A stretch of DNA of 62,744 nucleotides, filler included, from a bacterium (GTDB taxonomy: Bacteria > JBDRGX01): assembly GCA_043817485.1 (NCBI GenBank). It is 7 parts of 7 records of this genome, joined end to end, with 100 filler letters (N's around TTAATTAATTAA, not from the genome) between each part and the next. Parts side by side here need not be neighbours in the genome. Positions count along the whole stretch, not along the records: positions 1 to 2,788 come from JBDRGX010000107.1; positions 2,889 to 7,639 come from JBDRGX010000108.1; positions 7,740 to 19,880 come from JBDRGX010000109.1; 4 more parts are not named here. One strand, written 5' to 3'. Position numbers and translations under genes: made by a program. How positions within the stretch are numbered: position 1 is the first letter of the stretch; every line of letters starts with the position of its first letter. Under the pieces are notes generated by a model that was given only the letters and a program-made list of their open reading frames with translations, did not search any database and was not told the DNA's origin. This document shows positions 1-9,715 of this stretch, in pieces.

Positions 1-1
1 T

Positions 2-415
2 TAATTGATCAATTGCTTCTTGAACAGAAATAGGTTGTGAAATGAATTTGTCCATTTTAATTATTTCATATCTTGGAGACAATGATTCTTCTATTGCTTT
101 TTCATTAATATCAATACTTTTTTTGGTTCTATGATGACTTATTTTTTCTTTATGTTTGATTATTTGCTTTTCTAATTTATCAACTAATTTATCAATAGAA
201 GAATTTAAGTGAAAATCTTTATTTTTACAATAAAATGTTATTTTATTTGCCAAAATAGTTGCTTCAGTATTATAAGTATTTTTTTCCATTAAAATTACTA
301 TATGAGCATCTATTAAATGATCAAAGTATTTTTCAAGTTTTTTAATTTTTTTAGTAATATCATCTTTTATTTGTGTATTTATTTCTAAATGTCGAGCAGT
401 AATTGAAATCTGCAT
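2..415 (-). CDS. hpf: Ribosome hibernation promoting factor (long HPF/RaiA), 3' end outside window
   Basis: Not in ORF track; manual translation MQISITARHLEINTQIKDDITKKIKKLEKYFDHLIDAHIVI...SIDKLVDKLEKQIIKHKEKI...PISVQEAIDQL; GGAGG RBS upstream of ATG at 415. Confidence 0.9.
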   Translation of the reverse strand, partial: MQISITARHLEINTQIKDDITKKIKKLEKYFDHLIDAHIVILMEKNTYNTEATILANKITFYCKNKDFHLNSSIDKLVDKLEKQIIKHKEKISHHRTKKSIDINEKAIEESLSPRYEIIKMDKFISQPISVQEAIDQL

Positions 416-476
416 TTTGCCTCCTTGTTTTTTTAATATTTAAGATGCAGTTTAAGAAAAATTTAAAAATGTATAA

Positions 477-1991
477 CTATTTTTTAATGAAATTTTCTTC
501 AATAGCTTTTTTTACTTTATTAAAACCAACATAATTAATTTTTATCATTTTTTTTTGATAATGATTGCAAATTATTTCTGTTTTTTTAAAACTATTATAT
601 AAAATTTCATTATTATAAAGAAATAAAACTCCATTGCAATTTTTTATTATTCCATCTAATCTATGTAATTCGTGAATTCCATCATGCCACCATATATCTA
701 TTCCGATTTTTTTATATTCTGATATATAACAATATTTTAATTTTACTTGATTACTAATAAGAACAATTTTTTGTCTTTCCAAAATATTTTCTGATTTATT
801 AATAATTTTTTCTATTACATTTTTTTCAAATTTACTACAAATATCACATTGTTGCCATTTACTAATATTTTTATAGAAAAAATTTTCTTCTTGACAATAT
901 TTTTTACAATTTTCTGAATCACAAATTTCAAAAATTTCTACTTTGTCTAAAACTTGTTTTACAATTTCTTTAATATCTTCTAAAAATACAAAATTATTTT
1001 GAATTAAAGTATATTTAAATTTAAAATCATCTAATATTTTAATAAAAGTTTTTTGTGGAATTGATGTAATTTCCATAATGTTTGCTATTTCTTGAATAGA
1101 TAATTCTTTATTTGTTTTTTCTTCTTGAAAATTTGTTTCTGTAGTTTCTTGAAAATCTATTTTTTTAATTATTTTTCCAATATATCTTCCCCATTCATCT
1201 TGTTTTATTTGATTATAAGCAATAAGAACATTATCTCCTATAAAGGTGTTAGTTCTTTTCATTTCTTGATGAGATAAAGTTATTATTGCTTCTCCTGTTT
1301 TAATAATTCCACCATTAACATCAAAAATAATAATACTTGCTATTTGTTTATATTTATCCATAAAATTTTTTTCTTTTTCTGTGGAAATAATAGGTTTTTC
1401 TTTTTGAATAGATTCTGGAACAATTTCATTTTCTTTTTTTTCTTCTTTGTTTTCATTAAGATTTAGATTTTTTTCATTTGTTTTCAATTGATTAATTTCT
1501 TGAGTAAGATATGCAATTTCTTTATTTTTTTCTTTAATGTTTTGAAAAAAATAATCATTTTTTTGATGTAAATTGTTTATTATTCTATCCTTGTTTCTAA
1601 TGATTTCTCTAAATTTTTCAATAGAAGATGGAATTAAATCATTTTTTTCATTATTAATAAATTTTATATCTATTTTATTTTTTAAAGAATTTATTTCTTG
1701 ATTTGGATTAAGTGAAAGAAATAAATAAAATTTTTCTTTTCCTAATTGATTATATAATTTTTCAAATTCTTTTTCTAATTCTTCTTTAGTATTTTTTTCT
1801 ATGGAAATAAATTCATTTTTATATTGATTTTGCCATGTTTTAATTAATCTAATTTTTACATTTTCATTTGATTTTATAGTATCTATTAAAGTATCATGAG
1901 AAATACTTGAAAGTACATAATTTAATATATAAGGAGAAATATTTTTAATTTTTTCAGCAAGAATATTTTCTGTAAGAATATTTTCTTCCAT
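477..1991 (-). CDS. Hypothetical coiled-coil protein with C-terminal DUF2325-like domain
   Basis: 504-aa ORF; central coiled coil, Cys pairs (CDSENC, CDIC), C-terminus (KIVLISN...WWHDG...IIKNCNGVLFLYN...GFNKVKKAIE) resembles DUF2325. Confidence 0.5.
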   Translation of the reverse strand: MEENILTENILAEKIKNISPYILNYVLSSISHDTLIDTIKSNENVKIRLIKTWQNQYKNEFISIEKNTKEELEKEFEKLYNQLGKEKFYLFLSLNPNQEINSLKNKIDIKFINNEKNDLIPSSIEKFREIIRNKDRIINNLHQKNDYFFQNIKEKNKEIAYLTQEINQLKTNEKNLNLNENKEEKKENEIVPESIQKEKPIISTEKEKNFMDKYKQIASIIIFDVNGGIIKTGEAIITLSHQEMKRTNTFIGDNVLIAYNQIKQDEWGRYIGKIIKKIDFQETTETNFQEEKTNKELSIQEIANIMEITSIPQKTFIKILDDFKFKYTLIQNNFVFLEDIKEIVKQVLDKVEIFEICDSENCKKYCQEENFFYKNISKWQQCDICSKFEKNVIEKIINKSENILERQKIVLISNQVKLKYCYISEYKKIGIDIWWHDGIHELHRLDGIIKNCNGVLFLYNNEILYNSFKKTEIICNHYQKKMIKINYVGFNKVKKAIEENFIKK

Positions 1992-2113
1992 ATTGTAATT
2001 TTCCTTTATTTTTATTAAATAAAATTGACTTAAATATTATTTGAACATAAAAATGAGACCTTATTGAAATTTTTAAGAAATGTCAAGAAAAATAAAATAA
2101 GTAGGGGAATAAA

Positions 2114-2713
2114 ATGTTTTATGAAAAAAAAAATATTAATATTTCAGGAACTATTTTATCTGGTGGAAAAAATTCAAGAATGGGACAAAACAAAGCTTTT
2201 ATTGAAATAAATGGTATTACTATTATAGAAAGAACAATAAATATTTTTAAAGAAATATTTGATGAAATAATTATATCTACTAATTCTTTGCAAAATTTTA
2301 AATTATACGAAAATGATGTTATAATAATTCCAGATATTATAAAGAATTTTGGGCCTTTATCTGGAATACATTCAGCGTTGTCTAAAACAACTAAAGAAAG
2401 TGTTTTTTTTATTGCTTGTGATATGCCTTTTATACAAAAAGATATAATTTTACAAATAATAAATTGTTTTAATGAAACAATTTGTGATTGTGTAGTCCCT
2501 AAAATAGGTGATTCTATTGAACCACTTTGTGCTATTTATAAAAAAAAAATAAATAATGATTTACAAAACTTTTTGAAAAATACAAATAATTATGCTATTA
2601 AAAATTTTCTTAAAACAATAGATGTTCATTATTTGGATTTAGAAAATAATTTTTTTTCTCGTAAATTATTTATTAATTTAAATGCTCCATCAGATTTAGA
2701 TAAAATTAAATAA
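2114..2713 (+). CDS. mobA: Molybdenum cofactor guanylyltransferase
   Basis: ILSGGKNSRMGQNKA, GPLSGIHSAL, ACDMPF, EPLCAIY, NLNAPSDL motifs. Confidence 0.9.
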   Translation: MFYEKKNINISGTILSGGKNSRMGQNKAFIEINGITIIERTINIFKEIFDEIIISTNSLQNFKLYENDVIIIPDIIKNFGPLSGIHSALSKTTKESVFFIACDMPFIQKDIILQIINCFNETICDCVVPKIGDSIEPLCAIYKKKINNDLQNFLKNTNNYAIKNFLKTIDVHYLDLENNFFSRKLFINLNAPSDLDKIK

Positions 2714-2788
2714 CTACTTTTTAATGATATATAATTTTCAAAAAAAACTGTTGTTACTTTGTCAATATGTTAATTTTTTACTACGTGA

Positions 2789-2888
2789 NNNNNNNNNNNN
2801 NNNNNNNNNNNNNNNNNNNNNNNNNNNNNNNNTTAATTAATTAANNNNNNNNNNNNNNNNNNNNNNNNNNNNNNNNNNNNNNNNNNNN
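2789..2888. other. Assembly spacer (contig junction)
   Basis: N44-TTAATTAATTAA-N44; identical at all six gaps. Confidence 0.97.
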
Positions 2889-2983
2889 GCCCCTACAAAT
2901 TTTCATATTTCTTTATTTTGATATTCGAATTTTGAATTTTCTTTATTATTACTATCCCTTAAATTGCAAATTAGTATCATATA

Positions 2984-4015
2984 TTATATTTCTACTTTTG
3001 TTTCTCTTAATGCTTTTGCTGCATCTTCTGGAGATGTAGGATTTATATAAAATCCAGTTCCCCATTCAAATCCAGCAATTTTAGTAAGACGAGGAATAAT
3101 TTCAATATGCCAATGAAAATCATCTCCAATGGTATGCCAATAATCTCTTCTTGGAAATCTATTTGGAGCTGCATGAATTACATAATTATATTGAGCATCA
3201 TCCAAAGTTAAAAAAATTTTCATAAAAACTATTTTCATAACTTCTGCTAAAGAATGTATACTATTTTTAACACTTGAAGCATAAAAATCTATATCATGTA
3301 CCTTAGGTAAAATCCAAATCTCAAAAGGAAAAGAAGATGCAAAAGGACAAAAAACAACATAATCTTTATTTTCATAAACAATTCTTTGTCCTGAATTTAA
3401 TTCTTCTTGAATAATATCACAAAAAATACATCTTTCTTTAGCTCTAAAATAAAGTTCCGCTCCTTCTAATTCTTCTCTTACTCTTTTAGGAGTAATAGGT
3501 GTTGCAATAAGTTGATGATGTGGATGACTAAGAGATGCTCCAGCTTCTTTTCCTTTATTTTTAAAAATAAGAGCATAACGAAATCTTTTATCTTTATATA
3601 AATCTTCTATTCTATATTGTAATACAGAAATAAAAGTTTTAATTTCATCTATAGATAAATCTTTCATTTCTTTATTATGATGTGGAGTTTCTATAATTAC
3701 TTCATGAGCACCAAAACCAGTCATTGTATCATATAATCCAACTCCTTTTTTTACAAGTGCTCCATCTATTCCTAATGCTGGATATTTATTAGGAATAACT
3801 CTTACTTGCCAATTTGGTGTATTAGGAGCAGTATTCTGATTTCTAATAGCATATATTTCTGGTGGTGTTAAATTTTCATTCCCTTCACAAAAAGGACAAA
3901 TTTTATTTAAATCTTCTTCATCTTTTTTAAAAACAAAACTTGCAGGTCGTCTACTACGAGATGTAGCAATAATAACCCATCTTCCTAATATTGGATCTTT
4001 TCTTAATTCTTCCAT
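2984..4015 (-). CDS. galT: Galactose-1-phosphate uridylyltransferase family protein
   Basis: ELRKDP..RW, CPFCEGNE, GASLSHPHHQ active-site motif, CIFCD, GFEWGTG. Confidence 0.92.
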   Translation of the reverse strand: MEELRKDPILGRWVIIATSRSRRPASFVFKKDEEDLNKICPFCEGNENLTPPEIYAIRNQNTAPNTPNWQVRVIPNKYPALGIDGALVKKGVGLYDTMTGFGAHEVIIETPHHNKEMKDLSIDEIKTFISVLQYRIEDLYKDKRFRYALIFKNKGKEAGASLSHPHHQLIATPITPKRVREELEGAELYFRAKERCIFCDIIQEELNSGQRIVYENKDYVVFCPFASSFPFEIWILPKVHDIDFYASSVKNSIHSLAEVMKIVFMKIFLTLDDAQYNYVIHAAPNRFPRRDYWHTIGDDFHWHIEIIPRLTKIAGFEWGTGFYINPTSPEDAAKALRETKVEI

Positions 4016-4069
4016 ATAACACTCCCCTTTTTTAAAACTGTTTTAAAATAAAAAATATTTTAAAAATAT

Positions 4070-4486
4070 TTAAAGAATTTGTTTTTCTATTTGTAATTTT
4101 TCAAAATTTGCAGATATTGGATAATTTGCTTCTACTATTGTTTCTATTCCACCTCGAGATCTAAATTCTCCTTTTACTTTAAGCCAAACTGGTTCACAAC
4201 TTGAAATTATATCTTGCAAAATTCTATTAATTGCATTTTCATAAAATATTCCTAAATTTCTATAAGCAAGAATATAAAATTTCAAAGATTTTAATTCTAA
4301 GCATAATTTATCTGGCTGATATTGAATAAAAATAGTTCCATAATCAGGTAATTTTGTTTTAGGGCAAATAGATGTAAATTCTGGAATTTCAATTGTAATT
4401 TCATAATTTTTAAATTGATTTTGCCAACATTGTATTTCTGGTAATTTTTGATTTAATCCAGATTTTGCATGTTGATTTGTATACAT
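4070..4486 (-). CDS. queF: NADPH-dependent 7-cyano-7-deazaguanine reductase (short QueF)
   Basis: EFTSICPKTKLPDYG, ELKSLK, F.SRGGI motifs. Confidence 0.93.
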   Translation of the reverse strand: MYTNQHAKSGLNQKLPEIQCWQNQFKNYEITIEIPEFTSICPKTKLPDYGTIFIQYQPDKLCLELKSLKFYILAYRNLGIFYENAINRILQDIISSCEPVWLKVKGEFRSRGGIETIVEANYPISANFEKLQIEKQIL

Positions 4487-4675
4487 TAATTCTCCTTTTT
4501 TTAAAAGTTGTAATTCACTACAATTATATGTTTTTTAAAGTAGTTCTGCAACTACCATTCTTTATTAGCCATTTAATATAATTAAACAATATTTCATCAC
4601 TATAAAAATTCATTTTTTACAAATACAACACAATTTTTATAAATTTTAACATTTTCATTCAATTTTAATAAATAA

Positions 4676-7639
4676 TTAAACTATTACTTGAACTTTATCT
4701 TCTCCTGCTAATTTATTTAATTCTAAGAAAAATCCCTCTGAAAGATCTATAGATAAAAAAGATTTTATTTTTACTTCTTCTCCTTTATGCCCAATAAAAT
4801 CTAAATAAACTGGACAATTTCCAGGATAAAGTAAAAAAATCTTTTTTAAATTATTTAAAAAATCTTCTTCTAACCCAGTAGTAATAATTTTAATTTTAAT
4901 TGCTTTTGCTAATTTTTTTTTAACTTCTTGAATAGAAGTAATATCTAAACAAATAATTTTAACATTTTTTTCATTTCCACTTACTTTTCCTTTTACAAAA
5001 ACTACAGCATCTTCAAAAATATCATCATTAAATTTAGCAAGCATATCAGAAAATACAATTACTTCAATACTTCCTTCAAAATCTTCTAATAAAACAAAAG
5101 CCATATTTTTCTTTTTTTTATCTAAAATTTTTTTAATAGAAGTAATAACACCCGCAATTAAAACTTCTTCTCCTTCTCTACATTCTTTTAATTTTTGACT
5201 AGAATGTGTTGTATATTTTTTAATTTCGTTTTCAAATTTAGACAAAGGATGTCGCGAAATATATAAACCTAACATTTCTTTTTCAAAAGCAAGAAATTCA
5301 CTTTCATGCCATTCTGATACCTGTTGTATGTTTTTTTTATATAAAGATTCCTTTTCTCCTGCTTCTAAAGATTCAAATAATGAACTTTGTCCAGTTTTTT
5401 TATTTTTTTGAATTTGTTCTGCAATTTCTAAAGTATTATCTAATATAGCCATTAATTGAGCTCTTGGTTGTTTTAAAAAATCAAAAGCACCACATTTAAT
5501 TAAACTTTCAATAACTCTTTTATTTACTAATCGCAAATCTACATTTTCACAAAAATTACAAAGTGATGTAAAAGGACCTTGTTTTTCTCTTATTTTTAAA
5601 ATAGAATCAATAGCTCCAGATCCAACATTTTTAATAGATAATAAACCAAAACTAATTCCTTCAAAAGTAATAGAAAAATTAGAATAAGAAGTATTTATAT
5701 CTGGAGGCAAAATTTTTATTCCAATTTTTTTTGCTTCATTAACATATAAAGCAATATTTTTAATATTACCTATTTCGCTTGTTAATAAGGATGTCATAAA
5801 TTCAACTGGAAAATGAGTTTTTAAATAAGCAGTTTGATAAGCAATAAAAGAATACGCAGCACTATGAGCTTTTACAAAACCATAACCAGCAAAATGAGCC
5901 ATTAAATCAAATATTTCTTCTGCTTTTTGTATAGGAATCTTATTTTTAACAGCACCTTGTATAAATAATTCCCTTTGTTTATCCATTGCTTCTGGATTTT
6001 TTTTACCCATTGCTTTTCTTAAAATATCAGCTTGTCCTAATGAAAATCCACCTATTTTATGAGCTATTTCCATTACTTGTTCTTGATAAATAATAACTCC
6101 ATAAGTTTCTTTTAATATTTCTTCTAATTCTGGAATAATATATTCTACTTTAACTTTTTTATGTTTTCTTTTTATAAAATCATCTATGCTTCCACCTTGA
6201 ATTGTACCTGGTCTATATAAAGCCAATAAAGCAATTAAATCATCAAATTTTTCTGGTTTTAATTTTCTTAACAAATCCCTCATTCCACCACTTTCTAATT
6301 GAAAAACACCTATTGTTTCTCCATTGCATAAAGTAATAAAAGTTTCTTTATCATCAAACAAAATTGTTTCTATATTAATTATTTTGTTAGTTTTTTGTTT
6401 TATAAATTCAACAGTTTCTTTTATTGCAGATAATGTTTTCAATCCTAAAAAATCTATTTTTAAAAGTCCAATTTTTTCTAAACATTTCATATCATATTGA
6501 GTAGTTCTTATTTTTTCTGCTTTTGAATCTGTACTTTGTTTTGCTTCATACAAAGGTAACAATTCTATTAATTTCTGATCTGCAATTACTATTCCAGCTG
6601 CATGAATAGAAGCATGCCTTGTTAAACCCTCTAATGTAGTAGCAATTTCTAAAAGTTCTTTTACTTCATGTTTTTTAGCAATTTCTTTTAATTGAGAATT
6701 ACTATTTAATGCTTGATTAATAGTAATATCATTTTCAGATGGAATCATTTTAGCAATTTTATCTACTTCAATATAAGCCATATCTAAAGCTCTACCTACA
6801 TCACGAATTACAGCTCGAGCCATCATTGATCCAAAAGTAATAATTTGAGCAACATTTTCTTCTCCATATTTTTCTTTCACATAATTTATTACTTCCTCTC
6901 TACGCACATAACAAAAATCCATATCAATATCTGGCATACTAATTCTTTCTGGATTAAGAAATCTTTCAAAAATAAGACCATATTGTAAAGGATCAAGAGA
7001 AGAAATTTCTAAAAGATAAGAAACTATACTTCCAACAGCTGATCCTCGTCCTGGTCCTACTGGAATATTTTTTTCTCGAGCAAAACGAATAATATCCCAA
7101 ATTACAAGAAAGTATCCCGCATATCCAGTTTGTCTAATAATTTCAAGTTCATATTCTAATCTTTTTTTTACTTGTTCTAAATTATCATTATATCTATTTT
7201 TGATTCTTTCATTACAAAGACTTTTCAAATATTCAAATAAATCTTCTCCAAATGGAGTTTTATATTTAGGTAAATGAATTTTATCAAATTCAAATTTTAA
7301 ATTACATTTCAAAGCAATTTCCGCAGTATTTTTAATTGCTTCTGGAACTTCTTTAAATAAAATTTCCATTTCTTCTGGACTTTTAAAATAAAATTCATTT
7401 GTAGAAAAACTCATTTTTTTAGGATCATTTATAGTAGTTTTGGTTTGAATGCAAAGTAGAATTTGATGTGCTTTTGCATCTTGTTTTTGAAGATAATGAC
7501 AATCATTTGTAGCAACAACTGGAATATTTAGCTTTTTACTAAAATTTAATAATTCTTTATTTACCAATAATTCTTCTTTTAAATTATGATTCTGCAGTTC
7601 AAAATAATAATTTCCATCAAATATTTCATTATATTCTCC
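4676..7639 (-). CDS. dnaE: DNA polymerase III alpha subunit, N-terminus cut by gap
   Basis: VVATNDCHY, GPGRGSAVGS, PDIDMDF, KIDFLGL, YQEQVM, OB-fold; frame open toward the gap at 7640. Confidence 0.97.
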   Translation of the reverse strand, partial: GEYNEIFDGNYYFELQNHNLKEELLVNKELLNFSKKLNIPVVATNDCHYLQKQDAKAHQILLCIQTKTTINDPKKMSFSTNEFYFKSPEEMEILFKEVPEAIKNTAEIALKCNLKFEFDKIHLPKYKTPFGEDLFEYLKSLCNERIKNRYNDNLEQVKKRLEYELEIIRQTGYAGYFLVIWDIIRFAREKNIPVGPGRGSAVGSIVSYLLEISSLDPLQYGLIFERFLNPERISMPDIDMDFCYVRREEVINYVKEKYGEENVAQIITFGSMMARAVIRDVGRALDMAYIEVDKIAKMIPSENDITINQALNSNSQLKEIAKKHEVKELLEIATTLEGLTRHASIHAAGIVIADQKLIELLPLYEAKQSTDSKAEKIRTTQYDMKCLEKIGLLKIDFLGLKTLSAIKETVEFIKQKTNKIINIETILFDDKETFITLCNGETIGVFQLESGGMRDLLRKLKPEKFDDLIALLALYRPGTIQGGSIDDFIKRKHKKVKVEYIIPELEEILKETYGVIIYQEQVMEIAHKIGGFSLGQADILRKAMGKKNPEAMDKQRELFIQGAVKNKIPIQKAEEIFDLMAHFAGYGFVKAHSAAYSFIAYQTAYLKTHFPVEFMTSLLTSEIGNIKNIALYVNEAKKIGIKILPPDINTSYSNFSITFEGISFGLLSIKNVGSGAIDSILKIREKQGPFTSLCNFCENVDLRLVNKRVIESLIKCGAFDFLKQPRAQLMAILDNTLEIAEQIQKNKKTGQSSLFESLEAGEKESLYKKNIQQVSEWHESEFLAFEKEMLGLYISRHPLSKFENEIKKYTTHSSQKLKECREGEEVLIAGVITSIKKILDKKKKNMAFVLLEDFEGSIEVIVFSDMLAKFNDDIFEDAVVFVKGKVSGNEKNVKIICLDITSIQEVKKKLAKAIKIKIITTGLEEDFLNNLKKIFLLYPGNCPVYLDFIGHKGEEVKIKSFLSIDLSEGFFLELNKLAGEDKVQVIV

Positions 7640-7739
7640 NNNNNNNNNNNNNNNNNNNNNNNNNNNNNNNNNNNNNNNNNNNNTTAATTAATTAANNNNN
7701 NNNNNNNNNNNNNNNNNNNNNNNNNNNNNNNNNNNNNNN
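7640..7739. other. Assembly spacer
   Basis: N44-TTAATTAATTAA-N44. Confidence 0.97.
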
Positions 7740-7812
7740 TTAATTTAGTTATTGAAATAATATTAAAAAAAACAATCTTGTTTTTAAAATAAAAGGAAAG
7801 AAAAAGTTAATT

Positions 7813-8729
7813 ATGAATTTATCTATTTTTTATGTTTTTTTAGCAACTTTTATATGGAGTTTTTCTCCATTTGTATTAAAAATTCTTTTAAAAACTTTTA
7901 ATGCTTCAACAATAGGTTTTCTTCGAATGTTTTCAACTTTTATTTTTTTTATTTTAATTCAAAAAAAAGAAAAAAAGAAATTGAAATTATAAAATTTATT
8001 AAACTTTATCCTTTATGGACAATTCTTGGTGGCATTGGCTTTGCTTTTCAATATTTTCTTTTTAATGTTGGATTACAATATACAAGTAGTGGAATAGCGT
8101 TTTTAATGGTTAAAACAGAAATAATTGGATTAATTATTTTATCTTGTTTAATTTTAAAAGAAAAAATAAATTCTCTAAAAATATTGGGAATATTAATTAC
8201 TTTTATAGGAATATTTTTAGCTTGTATAGATTTCAAAGGATTACATAATCTTTTTTCAGCAGACCATATTAGAATGAAAGGAAATTTTATAATTTTTTGT
8301 GCTGGATTTTGTTGGTCATTTTTTGGGATATCTCGAAAAATATTGATTAAAAAAAGAGGAATTTTCGCATGTTTAATTCCTATTTTTTTCATTAGTACCA
8401 TTACATCTGCTTTATTAGTTTTTTTTGATTTTAAATTTATACCACCACTAAAAATAGAACTAATTTTTGAATTGTTTTTTGTAGGAATTGTTTGTACTGG
8501 TTTAGCTTATTTACTTTTGGCTAAAGGTTTTCAAAAACTACCTGCTTCTACTACGGGAATAATTACTTGTATGTTACCTATATTTTCTATGATTGAAGCT
8601 AGCTTAATATTTAAGGAAATAATTTGTTTAAATATTTGGATATATGGTATTATGTGTATTAGTGGTATTTTATTAGTACTTTATGTAGATAAAAAAAATA
8701 CCAAAATATTAAAAAAATTAGAAGAATGA
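7813..8729 (+). CDS. DMT/EamA family transporter, frameshifted in homopolymer region ~7943-7976
   Basis: ATG 7813 gives MNLSIFYVFLATFIWSFSPFVLKILL..IGFLRM; continues in the frame of ORF 8106..8729 (multiple TM helices, GIVCTGLAYLL). Confidence 0.75.
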
Positions 8730-9562
8730 AAATTATTGATATTTGGAAAAAATATGGGTATAACTATGAAACAAATCTTCTTATTTTAGAAATATTGAAA
8801 ATAAAAAAATCAGATCTTTATATTAAATCTTACCAAGAAATTGAATTTTCAAAATTAAATAAATTTGATAAATTATATGAACGATTAAAACAAGATGAAC
8901 CTATTCAATATATTATAGGTAAATCGGAATTTATGAATAACTGGTTTTTTGTTAATTCCAATGTTTTAATTCCTAGACCAGAAACAGAAATTTTAACAAA
9001 AGTATCTTTGAAAATAGCAAAGCATTTTAAAAATGGTTTTACTATTTTTGATTTAGGAACAGGTTCTGGGAATATAATTATTTCTTTGGCAAAGAGATTA
9101 AAAAATAAAGACATAAATTTTCTTGCTTCAGATATTTCTAAAAAAGCTTTAAAAATAGCTTATAAAAATAGTTTATATCATAAAGTAGAAAAAAAAATAA
9201 CTTTTCTTTGTGGTAATTTATGGAAAGCATTAAAAAATCATAATCAATCTCAAAAAATTAATATGATAATTTCTAATCCTCCTTATATTTCTAATTTTGA
9301 TTATGAAAATCTTGAATTAAAAGTAAAAAATTATGAACCTTCTATTAGCTTAAAAGGAAGGGAAAATGGACTATATTTTTTAAAAAATATAATTAAAAAT
9401 GCACCTAATTATTTAGCTTTTGAAGGATATTTGATTTTAGAAATAGGGATGGGACAAGAAATTTTACTTGAAAAAATTATTAAAAAAATGAATATTTATT
9501 CAAAATTAAAAATTGTTAAAGATAAGGCTGGAATAAATAGAATAATTGTTCTTCAACTTTAA
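8726..9562 (+). CDS. prmC: Release factor glutamine methyltransferase
   Basis: EPIQYIIG, VLIPRPETE, DLGTGSG, SNPPY. Confidence 0.95.
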   Translation: MKIIDIWKKYGYNYETNLLILEILKIKKSDLYIKSYQEIEFSKLNKFDKLYERLKQDEPIQYIIGKSEFMNNWFFVNSNVLIPRPETEILTKVSLKIAKHFKNGFTIFDLGTGSGNIIISLAKRLKNKDINFLASDISKKALKIAYKNSLYHKVEKKITFLCGNLWKALKNHNQSQKINMIISNPPYISNFDYENLELKVKNYEPSISLKGRENGLYFLKNIIKNAPNYLAFEGYLILEIGMGQEILLEKIIKKMNIYSKLKIVKDKAGINRIIVLQL

Positions 9563-9569
9563 CAAAATC

Positions 9570-9715
9570 GCAATCAGAAATAAAATATTGCAATTTTTTT
9601 TCTTTATTTTGTATTTTGTTTTGAACATTTGCATTTATTTCAAATTGAAAATTGAAAAATTATTTTATATTTCGGTCATTTGTATTTGTTTCGTATTTCG
9701 AATTTTTAATTATTA
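9570..9715 (+). repeat. AT-rich dispersed intergenic element (family A)
   Basis: GCAATCAGAAATAAAATATTGCAA...TTTTGTATTTTGTTTT...GTATTTCGAATTT; homologous to 30344-30465 (+) and ~14650-14760, ~26245-26275 (-). Confidence 0.7.
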
